Source of the DNA: a virus
DNA length: 36,601 bases
Direction: 5' to 3' (one strand)
Virus record (IMG/VR): IMGVR_UViG_3300037104_000497
Span: 1 to 36,601 of that record
Below the pieces are notes generated by a model, which saw only the letters and a program-made list of their open reading frames with translations, did not search any database and was not told where the DNA came from. Positions 1 to 6,715 of the stretch are shown in pieces (within the stretch, counting starts at the first letter, position 1; each line of letters starts with the position of its first letter). Made by a program: the position numbers and the translations under genes.

Positions 1-127
1 ATAATACCCGCTAATTCCATCAAGTCGATATTATAATGCGTTTCGAGTTTAAAAGCTTTACGCCCTTTGCGTCGTATGATTGCGGTACGATCATCGCCTT
101 TTCGTGCTGGATCGACGCCAATCACTA
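1..127. repeat. Terminal direct repeat, copy 1. It is identical to 36475-36601 and shows the window is one circular or circularly permuted genome of 36474 bp plus a 127-bp overlap.
   Basis: Base-by-base comparison of both window ends. ataatacccgctaattccatcaagtcg...ctggatcgacgccaatcacta is present at 1-127 and at 36475-36601 in the same orientation. Confidence 0.95.
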
Positions 128-1076
128 ACGCTGATTCGCTATCGACGTTTGTGATTCGTGCCTTTTGAACATGTTCTACAGCGATGAACGTATCAGTAAT
201 CGATGATAGGAATGCTTCATCATCCGTAAAGGGGTATTCTTGCCTAAACTTTCTACACTTTTGCTCATAATCACCTTTAAAGTCTTGCAGCTTAATGCGT
301 CGCCAGTTTAAATGACCTGCTTTTAAACCATTAGCACCAAACTTTTCTAACCACTCGCGTTCCTCGTCATTCGGAATAAAAGCAGCATCGTCTATGCAAT
401 ATTCATCTTGCCAATACCACGGAACGAATATGGCTTGGTATCGCGTCTTCCCATTCTTAGCCTCGATCCAGTCAAGATAGAAATCATTATCAATCCCATT
501 CGCCGTTGATTCCTTGATAATCTCAGTATCGGCAATCTCAGCAACCGTTTGTAGCAATCCAAGGCTAATGCTCGATGCATCTTTGTAAAATCCATACTCT
601 GATAAATGTAAATACTGGTTGGTCATGGATCGTCCAATTTCTGTACTGCCAGCGGTTCCAACACGATAACCAGAACCCAAACCATCATAGGTAAGTTTAT
701 TATCGTTTTTCTTGGTGGGTTGGGGAAATAAATCAGGATCAATATTCTCGCTATAGCGTTTTGTCATCTCAAATATGGCGGCCGTTGCATCCGATAGATG
801 CGTTAAGATGAATGCTTTCTTGCCACGTTTAGTAATGATTTTCTGAAAGAATCGGGCTTGAATTAGCGTGCTGATTCCTTGTTGACGGCCTTTAAGTATT
901 AACGCACGCACTTTACCGGTTGCCAGTAATTGCGCTTCAAGGCGTTCATGTACATAGAGTTGTGCGCGATTCATTACGAATTGTAATTCAGCACCGGATT
1001 TGTCGTGGATAATTAGGAAATTTTTAGCAAATAAGGGTAGTGATTTTAATATCCGTATGAGTTTTGCTTCATCCAT
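1..1076 (-). CDS. terL: Terminase large subunit, N-terminal part. The ORF runs off base 1 and continues in frame at 36474..36027 across the junction (total 1524 nt, 507 aa).
   Basis: Not in the ORF track because there is no stop in the window. My translation from ATG at 1076 reads MDEAKLIRILKSLPLFAKNF... It has a Walker-A-like LKGRQQGIST, a Walker-B-like YLHLSEYG, and the nuclease motif VIGVDPARKGDDRTAI. The last motif is the same peptide that opens ORF 36027..36599. Confidence 0.9.
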   Translation of the reverse strand, partial: MDEAKLIRILKSLPLFAKNFLIIHDKSGAELQFVMNRAQLYVHERLEAQLLATGKVRALILKGRQQGISTLIQARFFQKIITKRGKKAFILTHLSDATAAIFEMTKRYSENIDPDLFPQPTKKNDNKLTYDGLGSGYRVGTAGSTEIGRSMTNQYLHLSEYGFYKDASSISLGLLQTVAEIADTEIIKESTANGIDNDFYLDWIEAKNGKTRYQAIFVPWYWQDEYCIDDAAFIPNDEEREWLEKFGANGLKAGHLNWRRIKLQDFKGDYEQKCRKFRQEYPFTDDEAFLSSITDTFIAVEHVQKARITNVDSESALVIGVDPARKGDDRTAIIRRKGRKAFKLETHYNIDLMELAGI

Positions 1077-1078
1077 GT

Positions 1079-1549
1079 TTATTCCGCTAGTTTATCAATC
1101 AACAACTCAATGACAGACTTATTATCGCCTTTCTGTTCTTCCGCTTGCTGACCATATTGTTTAGGTAATAGTTTGGACGCAAGCCATTTGCGGGTATCAA
1201 CACGAAGACGTGACCGAGCAATGAATTCAGTGTTACAAACTTCGTCACCCTCATGCGTTAACTTCGTGTCATTGCTGTCATCGTCGGCGATTTCTAGGCA
1301 TTCTTCGGCTAAAATGTCGGCTTGTATAATCTTTGCCTGAGCGTATTGAATGCGAAACTCTTGAACACGATAACGCCAACGATTGATAGTAACCTTGTCG
1401 GGTAATTCAGGATAAAGCTTACAAAGCTTCATTAAACCGTAACCATGAGATGAAACGAGTTCGCAAATGTAGTCGCCCATTTCTTGCGTATATTCAAGAG
1501 GGCGACCACCTTTGTTTTTTAGCTCCGGTTTTTTATTCGGAGTAGCCAT
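1079..1549 (-). CDS. terS: Terminase small subunit (N-terminal HTH type)
   Basis: 156 aa. GGRPLEYTQEMGDYICELVSSHGYGLMKLC...PDKVTINRWRY...FRIQYAQAKIIQADILAEECLEIADD matches the small-terminase HTH family pattern from memory. The stop lies 2 nt before the terL ATG. Confidence 0.75.
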   Translation of the reverse strand: MATPNKKPELKNKGGRPLEYTQEMGDYICELVSSHGYGLMKLCKLYPELPDKVTINRWRYRVQEFRIQYAQAKIIQADILAEECLEIADDDSNDTKLTHEGDEVCNTEFIARSRLRVDTRKWLASKLLPKQYGQQAEEQKGDNKSVIELLIDKLAE

Positions 1550-1552
1550 TGA

Positions 1553-1738
1553 TTAAGGCCCTGCTTGTGCGTTAGTTTTCTCGCCTTTCATATCGCCGCC
1601 AGCTTCGCCCGGCTCACAATACTTAGGTTGCATTTTGTTTTGTTGTTCAACACGTCTACCATATTCACTAGGCACACCGTTGTAATGCGTATTACCAGAA
1701 TCACCATCACTGGTAGTGTAGTCTTTGACGTCTTCCAT
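1553..1738 (-). CDS. Hypothetical small protein, first gene of the packaging operon
   Basis: Internal ATG at 1738 (MEDVKDYTTSDGDS...) is preceded by ACGGAG. The longer track version (to 1882) translates the AT-rich promoter region and looks spurious. Confidence 0.5.
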   Translation of the reverse strand: MEDVKDYTTSDGDSGNTHYNGVPSEYGRRVEQQNKMQPKYCEPGEAGGDMKGEKTNAQAGP

Positions 1739-1761
1739 ATAAATTACTCCGTATTGATAAA

Positions 1762-1779
1762 TTATTAATCGATTAATAA
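1762..1779. promoter_or_regulatory. Perfect 18-bp palindrome TTATTAATCGATTAATAA, a candidate operator upstream of the packaging/late operon
   Basis: All 9 pairs checked by hand (t1762-a1779 ... c1770-g1771). It lies 23 nt upstream of the ATG at 1738, between the divergent early and late units. Confidence 0.5.
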
Positions 1780-1856
1780 CTGCTATTTCCATAAGCCCCT
1801 CAACAATAACATATTTATAGCTAGAAAATATATTTAAAATATTTATATGCAAAGTG

Positions 1857-1885
1857 TTGACATACATGCAAAGTATTGGCATAAT
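1857..1885 (+). promoter_or_regulatory. Sigma70-type early promoter, TTGACA-17 nt-CATAAT
   Basis: TTGACA at 1857-1862, 17-nt spacer, CATAAT at 1880-1885. Shares the 13-mer AAGTGTTGACATA with the promoter at 6638. Flanked by the direct repeat ATGCAAAGT(G/A)TTG at 1846 and 1866. Confidence 0.7.
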
Positions 1886-1922
1886 GATTTTATCAGGTCA
1901 ACACACACAAAGGGGAAACGAA

Positions 1923-2054
1923 ATGTACCAAGTAATCAAACATAGCAACAACAAAAGAACATGGTTAGTAATAAATGAAAAAACCAACCATTTAGATTCA
2001 ATAAAAGACACTAAAAAAGAAGCAAAACAAAGAGCTGAAGAATTAAACAAATAA
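1923..2054 (+). CDS. Hypothetical early protein (43 aa)
   Basis: ATG at 1923 (MYQVIKHSNNKRTW...) is preceded by AAAGGGGAAA. The track ORF from GTG 1854 overlaps the promoter itself. Confidence 0.5.
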   Translation: MYQVIKHSNNKRTWLVINEKTNHLDSIKDTKKEAKQRAEELNK

Positions 2055-2091
2055 CAAACCGCCCCGCAAGGGGCATAACGAGGGCAACAAA

Positions 2092-2259
2092 ATGACACTA
2101 ACAAAAAACTGGATTAAAACACAAATAGATATTTATTCAAAAATGCTACTCGAATTAACAAATGATGAAAGTGACAAAACATTAAAAACTATATGGGGAG
2201 AAAGGATCAACACATTGGAATCAACTTTAAAAGTAATTAACTTGGAAATGAGGGTATAA
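2092..2259 (+). CDS. Hypothetical early protein (55 aa), below the track cutoff
   Basis: My translation is MTLTKNWIKTQIDIYSKMLLELTNDESDKTLKTIWGERINTLESTLKVINLEMRV. An ACGAGGG RBS lies upstream, and the gene fills the gap between neighbours exactly. Confidence 0.55.
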   Translation: MTLTKNWIKTQIDIYSKMLLELTNDESDKTLKTIWGERINTLESTLKVINLEMRV

Positions 2260-2260
2260 A

Positions 2261-2482
2261 ATGACAATAGTACAAAATGACATTAACAAATATCAAGGCT
2301 TTTTAGAATTTGCACAGGATGGTTTATTTAATTGTCATGTAAATGATGAAAAAAAATTTCAAAAGTTAATATTTCATTATGGAGAAGTTTTATCTGCATT
2401 AGAAGAGTTAAAAAAAATATTGAGAGAGGATAATTACTACACAAATGAATTTGGCGTCTTAATTGATAAACGAGGGGAATAA
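2261..2482 (+). CDS. Hypothetical early protein (73 aa)
   Basis: ORF track. GAGGG RBS, and the start lies 1 nt after the previous stop. Confidence 0.55.
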   Translation: MTIVQNDINKYQGFLEFAQDGLFNCHVNDEKKFQKLIFHYGEVLSALEELKKILREDNYYTNEFGVLIDKRGE

Positions 2483-2486
2483 TATT

Positions 2487-2591
2487 ATGGAAACCTACGA
2501 TTGCGACAAATGCGACGACCCCATAGACGAAAATGAGGAAATGGTAGAAGTTAGTTATGGGTTTATTTGTATGAAATGTGCGGGGCATTAA
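2487..2591 (+). CDS. Tiny zinc-ribbon-like protein (34 aa), below the track cutoff
   Basis: My translation is METYDCDKCDDPIDENEEMVEVSYGFICMKCAGH, with CxxC...CxxC. A GAGGGG RBS lies upstream. Confidence 0.45.
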   Translation: METYDCDKCDDPIDENEEMVEVSYGFICMKCAGH

Positions 2592-2594
2592 AAA

Positions 2595-2789
2595 ATGAAA
2601 GTCTACAAAGTAACATTTCGTGAATGGATGTATCAGGAAAAGGAAATTATTGTTGAAGCTGATACACGAACAGAAGCATTGCAATTAGCCGAAATAGAGC
2701 AACATTGTTCTAAAGATGAATGGTACGGATCAAAGTTTAAAACGTTAAAACCAAAAATAAGCAGGGCCAAAGGTAGTTCACACCTCTAG
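2595..2789 (+). CDS. Hypothetical early protein (64 aa)
   Basis: ORF track. Tightly packed in the same operon. Confidence 0.5.
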   Translation: MKVYKVTFREWMYQEKEIIVEADTRTEALQLAEIEQHCSKDEWYGSKFKTLKPKISRAKGSSHL

Positions 2790-2826
2790 CCCATTGAGCA
2801 TAAATAATCCCTACTAGGAGAAAATC

Positions 2827-2973
2827 ATGTCACCGAGAACAATAGCATATTTTTACAGATTTGTTTTAAGATTTATTAACAGGGTCAACGGAAGGCCCGT
2901 ATTACTAAACGGTGATGTTTGGTGCCCCATGTGCGAACAGTGGCACGCTAACAACACGCTTTGTCAACGATAG
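2827..2973 (+). CDS. Hypothetical small Cys-containing protein (48 aa), below the track cutoff
   Basis: My translation is MSPRTIAYFYRFVLRFINRVNGRPVLLNGDVWCPMCEQWHANNTLCQR. A TAGGAG RBS lies 7 nt upstream. Confidence 0.45.
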   Translation: MSPRTIAYFYRFVLRFINRVNGRPVLLNGDVWCPMCEQWHANNTLCQR

Positions 2974-2985
2974 GGAGTATCAGCC

Positions 2986-3306
2986 ATGAATCAAGTTAGA
3001 AGCTTCGCCAAAGAATGCGTATCACATTACGCTAACCACAATATTTTAAACACACACGATTTACCCGATTTTGTACAAAACGAATTCGCAGGTATTATTA
3101 TGTGCGATAATGAAGCATGGGCGGCAGAAGCGACTGGCCCCGACAATCCGCATTGGTCATCCAAGATGCTACCAGCTCTAACTCGTTACCTCAAAAACTC
3201 CACCGACAAAGACGAGGCGATCGAATTTAACACAATCTGGCGTGAGTGTGTCACCGACTACATGAACCACAAAATGCAGGAGTTGCTAGACGAAGCAATA
3301 ACCTAG
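2986..3306 (+). CDS. Hypothetical early protein (106 aa)
   Basis: ORF track with a GGGAG RBS. Last gene of the plus early operon. Its stop overlaps the convergent csp stop in the shared CTAG. Confidence 0.6.
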   Translation: MNQVRSFAKECVSHYANHNILNTHDLPDFVQNEFAGIIMCDNEAWAAEATGPDNPHWSSKMLPALTRYLKNSTDKDEAIEFNTIWRECVTDYMNHKMQELLDEAIT

Positions 3307-3503
3307 TCTAAAATTTTGACACGGGTGGCAACCGGGCCTTTGGGTGAATCACCCGCCTCGAACGTCACCTTGTCACCTTCCTTCAAACTTTTAAAGCCTT
3401 CGCTTTGAATTTCTTTGAAGTGTACAAAAAAATCACTACCTTCGGATGCAATGAAGCCAAATCCTTTACCATCGTTAAACCACTTTACAATTCCGTTTCG
3501 CAT
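3303..3503 (-). CDS. csp: Cold-shock protein, CspA family (66 aa)
   Basis: [65 protein letters not shown] carries RNP1-like KGFGFI and RNP2-like FFVHF. ATG at 3503 has an AAGGAT RBS. The track N-terminal extension is probably spurious. Confidence 0.9.
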   Translation of the reverse strand: MRNGIVKWFNDGKGFGFIASEGSDFFVHFKEIQSEGFKSLKEGDKVTFEAGDSPKGPVATRVKILD

Positions 3504-3586
3504 TGTGTATATATCCTTAATCCTACCGGTCAAATTTTCGATTACAGCTCGTTTAAGCCCTAACCACACCTTACCCTACTGGTTTT

Positions 3587-3808
3587 TCAAAAACGCCTGT
3601 ATGGCGTCATGCTACCGTCTGAATGATTGCACATTCCGTAATCAATCCACACTTTTACAAAACAATTCAATGTCTGGTAGCTCACAAACCCTTGTAACAT
3701 ATCCTGTTTATCGTCTTTGCTCAATAGCCGCTCAGAAATTAGTTTTGGGGCTACCCCGTAGCTAATCGCGAGTTTGAACAACATCCGTTTGCATTCGATA
3801 ATGGTCAT
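3587..3808 (-). CDS. Hypothetical protein (73 aa) downstream of the initiator-like gene
   Basis: ORF track. Starts 2 nt after the stop of 3811..4524. Confidence 0.5.
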   Translation of the reverse strand: MTIIECKRMLFKLAISYGVAPKLISERLLSKDDKQDMLQGFVSYQTLNCFVKVWIDYGMCNHSDGSMTPYRRF

Positions 3809-3810
3809 GG

Positions 3811-4524
3811 TTAGTTCACCGGTAGGTTATATTTCCTAGTTTTGATCATTTCCCGTAAATATTCTGGCATCGGTGCATATTTAATGGCCTCGTTTTCCTG
3901 TATGTGTTTCTCTTCATTGGCCATTTGTTGCTTGCTTTGTGCTGCGTTGTCCATGTTATCCGCGAAGTCGTGTCGTTTCTCATTTTCTGCTTTCCATTCG
4001 CTTTTGCTTTTGGGGGGGGCTGTTGAGGTTGCTGTGGGCTTTTTTTGTGCGGATGCACAAAAGCTTTTCTTATAGATTTTGTTAGATGTTGTATTTATAG
4101 GTGTATCAAATCCAGTAACTGGATTACCGGCAGCCGGTTTTTCAGTATACTGGGTATCATTTTTGAGCAAGTCTGTGGATAACTCTCCAGTACACGGGTT
4201 TTCAGTAGTCTGGATAGGAACGAACTCGCGACCATTTTTCACATGTAGGTTCCAGTCCACAAATTTACCTTTTTCGTCTCTGGTAGGAACAGACTCAATA
4301 AGATTATATGACCTTAAGACTGATAATTTTTTCTCTAGTTTCTCTCGACCCCACCCAAAGTGTTTTCTTATTTCTGTCTTGTAAAATTCCCAATTAGGGG
4401 GAAGGCTCATAAAATATACATACAAGCCTAATGCCTCAGCATCTTTGAGATTTTGGCAAATGACATTGGCGATTATCGAATAATTTGTATCTTCTTTGGT
4501 GATGATGTATTTTTCAGTAGACAT
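3811..4524 (-). CDS. Putative replication initiator / replisome organiser (lambda-O-like layout). It has an N-terminal winged-helix domain, a low-complexity linker carrying DNA repeats, and a C-terminal domain.
   Basis: The N-terminus AEALGLYVYFMSLPPNWEFYKTEIRKHFGWGREKLEKKLSVLRSYNLIE fits the winged-helix Rep/DnaD-like pattern from memory. The linker region holds direct repeats and a perfect DnaA box (see findings). No search was run. Confidence 0.45.
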   Translation of the reverse strand: MSTEKYIITKEDTNYSIIANVICQNLKDAEALGLYVYFMSLPPNWEFYKTEIRKHFGWGREKLEKKLSVLRSYNLIESVPTRDEKGKFVDWNLHVKNGREFVPIQTTENPCTGELSTDLLKNDTQYTEKPAAGNPVTGFDTPINTTSNKIYKKSFCASAQKKPTATSTAPPKSKSEWKAENEKRHDFADNMDNAAQSKQQMANEEKHIQENEAIKYAPMPEYLREMIKTRKYNLPVN

Positions 4525-4618
4525 AGAATAGCTCTCCTTAATTAAAAAGATATTTCCATTGGGTTAGTAAAAAATGTACGAAATGAGGAAAGATGCGGGT
4601 TTTCTTTTATAGATATCA

Positions 4619-4627
4619 TGGTATAAT
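4619..4627 (+). promoter_or_regulatory. Extended -10 promoter element TGgTATAAT on the plus strand with no coding gene downstream
   Basis: catgGTATAATga, with TG at 4619-4620 and TATAAT at 4622-4627. The -35 is weak. Confidence 0.35.
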
Positions 4628-4831
4628 GATCCCTGTTTTATTGTTATAGGTAAAACGTAAAAGCCCCATGAACAGTGATGTTCAAAGGGTTATCCTTTAA
4701 GTAAATGATCAGTCGCCAAACATCACATTTACATATCATCAATAGCGGGCACGGATGCCAGTCGCTTTAATCTGTTTATCATGCTACATTTAATTTGTCT
4801 TTCATAGTCATACTGTTACTGAGTTCAAGAT

Positions 4832-4866
4832 AAAAAAAAGCCCACAGTTTTGATCAAACCGTGGGC
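4832..4866 (-). terminator. Rho-independent terminator of the minus-strand early-left operon
   Basis: Minus sense reads GCCCAC-G-GTTT-GATCA-AAAC-T-GTGGGC followed by TTTTTTTT (the A8 run at 4832-4839 on plus). It lies about 90 nt after the stop at 4957. Confidence 0.8.
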
Positions 4867-4956
4867 GATTCAGAGATAAAATCTTTCAACCATTGCTCGA
4901 CAAGCTGTACCTCGGTTGTACTAAAACACATCAAGTTAGGGTTTTTTGGGTCGCGT

Positions 4957-5148
4957 TCATGTACCGAGTTCGCTATTTTTTCCAGTAGCTGCATCGCCTT
5001 TAAATGTAAGTCGAGTTTCATAAACTTCCTTAATGTAAATTAAAGAACATGTTAACTCAATCTTGTATGTGGCGCCATAAATCACAACTACGACAACCTC
5101 GATAAGCAAAACCGCTATATTTAAAAATTTCCGAACGATGCTTACCAT
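4957..5148 (-). CDS. Small membrane protein (63 aa)
   Basis: ORF track. Hydrophobic stretch NIAVLLIEVVVVVIYGA. Confidence 0.45.
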   Translation of the reverse strand: MVSIVRKFLNIAVLLIEVVVVVIYGATYKIELTCSLIYIKEVYETRLTFKGDAATGKNSELGT

Positions 5149-5186
5149 GAAACCGGCATTTAAGTATTTTCCAATAGTATTTAATA

Positions 5187-5414
5187 TTATTGAACATTTG
5201 CACCTTCCTTAGGGCTATTTACTTCAATTGCGTTTTGAATGTCACCAATAAGCCTATCATTAAAATAGCGATGTATACACCAAGCCGCCCAACATGCGCG
5301 GCCACGTAATAGTTTATCAGTGCCGTTTAAATGTTTAAGCAGGCTTTCCAAAAACTCTATATGCGCTTTAATGCTGCGCTTCGCTTCCAGTACGTTGTTA
5401 TATTCCTGTGTCAT
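5187..5414 (-). CDS. Hypothetical protein (75 aa)
   Basis: Internal ATG at 5414 (MTQEYNNVLEAKRSIKAH...) with an AAGGAAAT RBS. This resolves the overlap with 5417..5719. Confidence 0.5.
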   Translation of the reverse strand: MTQEYNNVLEAKRSIKAHIEFLESLLKHLNGTDKLLRGRACWAAWCIHRYFNDRLIGDIQNAIEVNSPKEGANVQ

Positions 5415-5416
5415 TT

Positions 5417-5719
5417 TTATTTCCTTAGTAATCGCATTAATAAAAATCCTAGTGTCGCCGATTCGAGTATCGTTTCCCCTAAACTTAAATGAAAATGAGG
5501 AAGTAAAATTACATTTATAATGACGGCGCCCATAAAAGCTAAGCCACATTCAATATCCAAAGATAAAATATAATCAATAGACGCACGCCAACTAGTTTGT
5601 TTAAAAGTCGATACAATACCCCCTAAAATATATCTATGATCACACCCATGATTAGCTAAATGGTCTTTTAACATTGAAACTTTATTACATCCTACACACC
5701 AATATATTTTACATTTCAT
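5417..5719 (-). CDS. Hypothetical Cys-rich N-terminus plus hydrophobic C-terminus protein (100 aa)
   Basis: ATG at 5719 (MKCKIYWCVGCNKVS...) with a GAGG RBS, then the hydrophobic GLAFMGAVIINVILL. Confidence 0.45.
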   Translation of the reverse strand: MKCKIYWCVGCNKVSMLKDHLANHGCDHRYILGGIVSTFKQTSWRASIDYILSLDIECGLAFMGAVIINVILLPHFHLSLGETILESATLGFLLMRLLRK

Positions 5720-5906
5720 TTTGACCTCGTAAATAAGGGTTATCAATAATCCTAATTCGGTGTTCTAACATTTCTATTCTAAAATTAAGCTGCATATTAT
5801 CTTTTAAGAGTTTCTTGAAAAGATGTGACCAAACATAACTGGATATTATAACTGAAACATACACAACTATTTGTAAAAAATAGTTAAAAAGTTCTAGCGT
5901 CATCAT
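5709..5906 (-). CDS. Small membrane protein (65 aa)
   Basis: ORF track. Hydrophobic segment LQIVVYVSVIISSYVW. Confidence 0.45.
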   Translation of the reverse strand: MMTLELFNYFLQIVVYVSVIISSYVWSHLFKKLLKDNMQLNFRIEMLEHRIRIIDNPYLRGQNEM

Positions 5907-6244
5907 TCATCCCCGCATATCATAATTTTAAGTTTCTCTTTCATATAACCCAAATTGTGTGTGCCTTCCAGTAAAGGTTTCATCATTAAATACCAGTCAC
6001 CTATTTTTTCACAGATAAAATTTATTTGAACTGACGTAAAGGTTTTTTGTATGTCTTTTTCGCGCATGTATCTTTCCTTCATATAAGGAAATTGATTATT
6101 AACCATATTAATGACTTCTTCCCATCCTTTTATCACTTCTTCTGTTTCTTCGATATGTTCAGCGCTGGAATTTTGTTTTTCAAGATTATATCTTGCTAAT
6201 TGTTGGCAGGAGTTTTCATACCATAAATACAATGTTTCACTCAT
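5903..6244 (-). CDS. Hypothetical protein (113 aa)
   Basis: ATG at 6244 (MSETLYLWYENSC...) with an AAGGAAC RBS. Overlaps the upstream stop by 8 nt. Confidence 0.5.
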   Translation of the reverse strand: MSETLYLWYENSCQQLARYNLEKQNSSAEHIEETEEVIKGWEEVINMVNNQFPYMKERYMREKDIQKTFTSVQINFICEKIGDWYLMMKPLLEGTHNLGYMKEKLKIMICGDE

Positions 6245-6422
6245 TTTCTTGTTCCTTTTTGTAAAGTTCTGCATAGCCTTTGCCTAAACTATCAAAAGCT
6301 TCAACCGCATCTTTCCAATGTTTAAGCTCTTCACTATGATCTTTTTCACAACATCGCTCAGCGCGTTCAATGATATTTTTGGCAAACCGATAGAACGCGT
6401 ATGTATCATCATTTTTAGTCAC
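6237..6422 (-). CDS. Hypothetical protein (61 aa)
   Basis: ORF track. Overlaps the upstream gene end by 8 nt. Confidence 0.5.
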   Translation of the reverse strand: MTKNDDTYAFYRFAKNIIERAERCCEKDHSEELKHWKDAVEAFDSLGKGYAELYKKEQENE

Positions 6423-6597
6423 TTTTCGTCCACTCCGTTTTCAATTCACCTTTAGTTAAACACTCAATTCTATATTGGGCATTCTCTGGTACAAAACCCC
6501 ACTTTAGCCAATTGGCCAGTGTAGCCGTAGCCATTCCGGTCACTTTTCTAAAGTTATAAAGACTCTTGTAATATTTTTTTACATCTTCTGGTTTCAC
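6415..6597 (-). CDS. Cro/YdaS-like HTH DNA-binding protein, first gene of the leftward early operon
   Basis: NFRKVTGMATATLANWLKWGFVPENAQYRIECLTKGELK fits the Cro/YdaS HTH pattern. GTG start with a strong GAGGAGG RBS, located at the divergent promoter region. Confidence 0.55.
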   Translation of the reverse strand: MKPEDVKKYYKSLYNFRKVTGMATATLANWLKWGFVPENAQYRIECLTKGELKTEWTKSD

Positions 6598-6622
6598 TTA
6601 GCACCTCCTCGCATGTAAAAAT

Positions 6623-6651
6623 ATTGTATATGAAGTGTTGACATAGAGCAA
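6623..6651 (-). promoter_or_regulatory. Leftward early promoter TTGCTC-17 nt-TACAAT, overlapping the rightward promoter face to face
   Basis: Minus sense has TTGCTC (6651-6646), a 17-nt spacer, and TACAAT (6628-6623). Confidence 0.5.
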
Positions 6652-6666
6652 GCCATTACATATACT
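6638..6666 (+). promoter_or_regulatory. Rightward early promoter TTGACA-17 nt-TATACT
   Basis: TTGACA at 6638-6643 and TATACT at 6661-6666. Contains the 13-mer AAGTGTTGACATA (6633-6645), identical to 1852-1864. Flanked by the inverted GTATATG (6627) and CATATAC (6659). Confidence 0.7.
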
Positions 6667-6715
6667 GGCTTCACGTCAATACCGACGCAGTACATACACT
6701 AAAGAGGTAGTTACA

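Noticed and set aside
392-595. 67-aa minus-strand ORF, and similar alternative-frame ORFs (33197..33607, 34067..34459, 36115..36510 and others)
   Set aside because: They sit in alternative frames of, or antisense to, terL, scaffold or portal. They have no RBS and low-complexity products.
2061-2074. GCCCC-GCAA-GGGGC hairpin after the first early gene, considered as a terminator
   Set aside because: It is a stable GNRA hairpin, but it is followed by ATAACGAGGG (the next gene's RBS) and has no T run. More likely it is an mRNA stability or processing element, or nothing.
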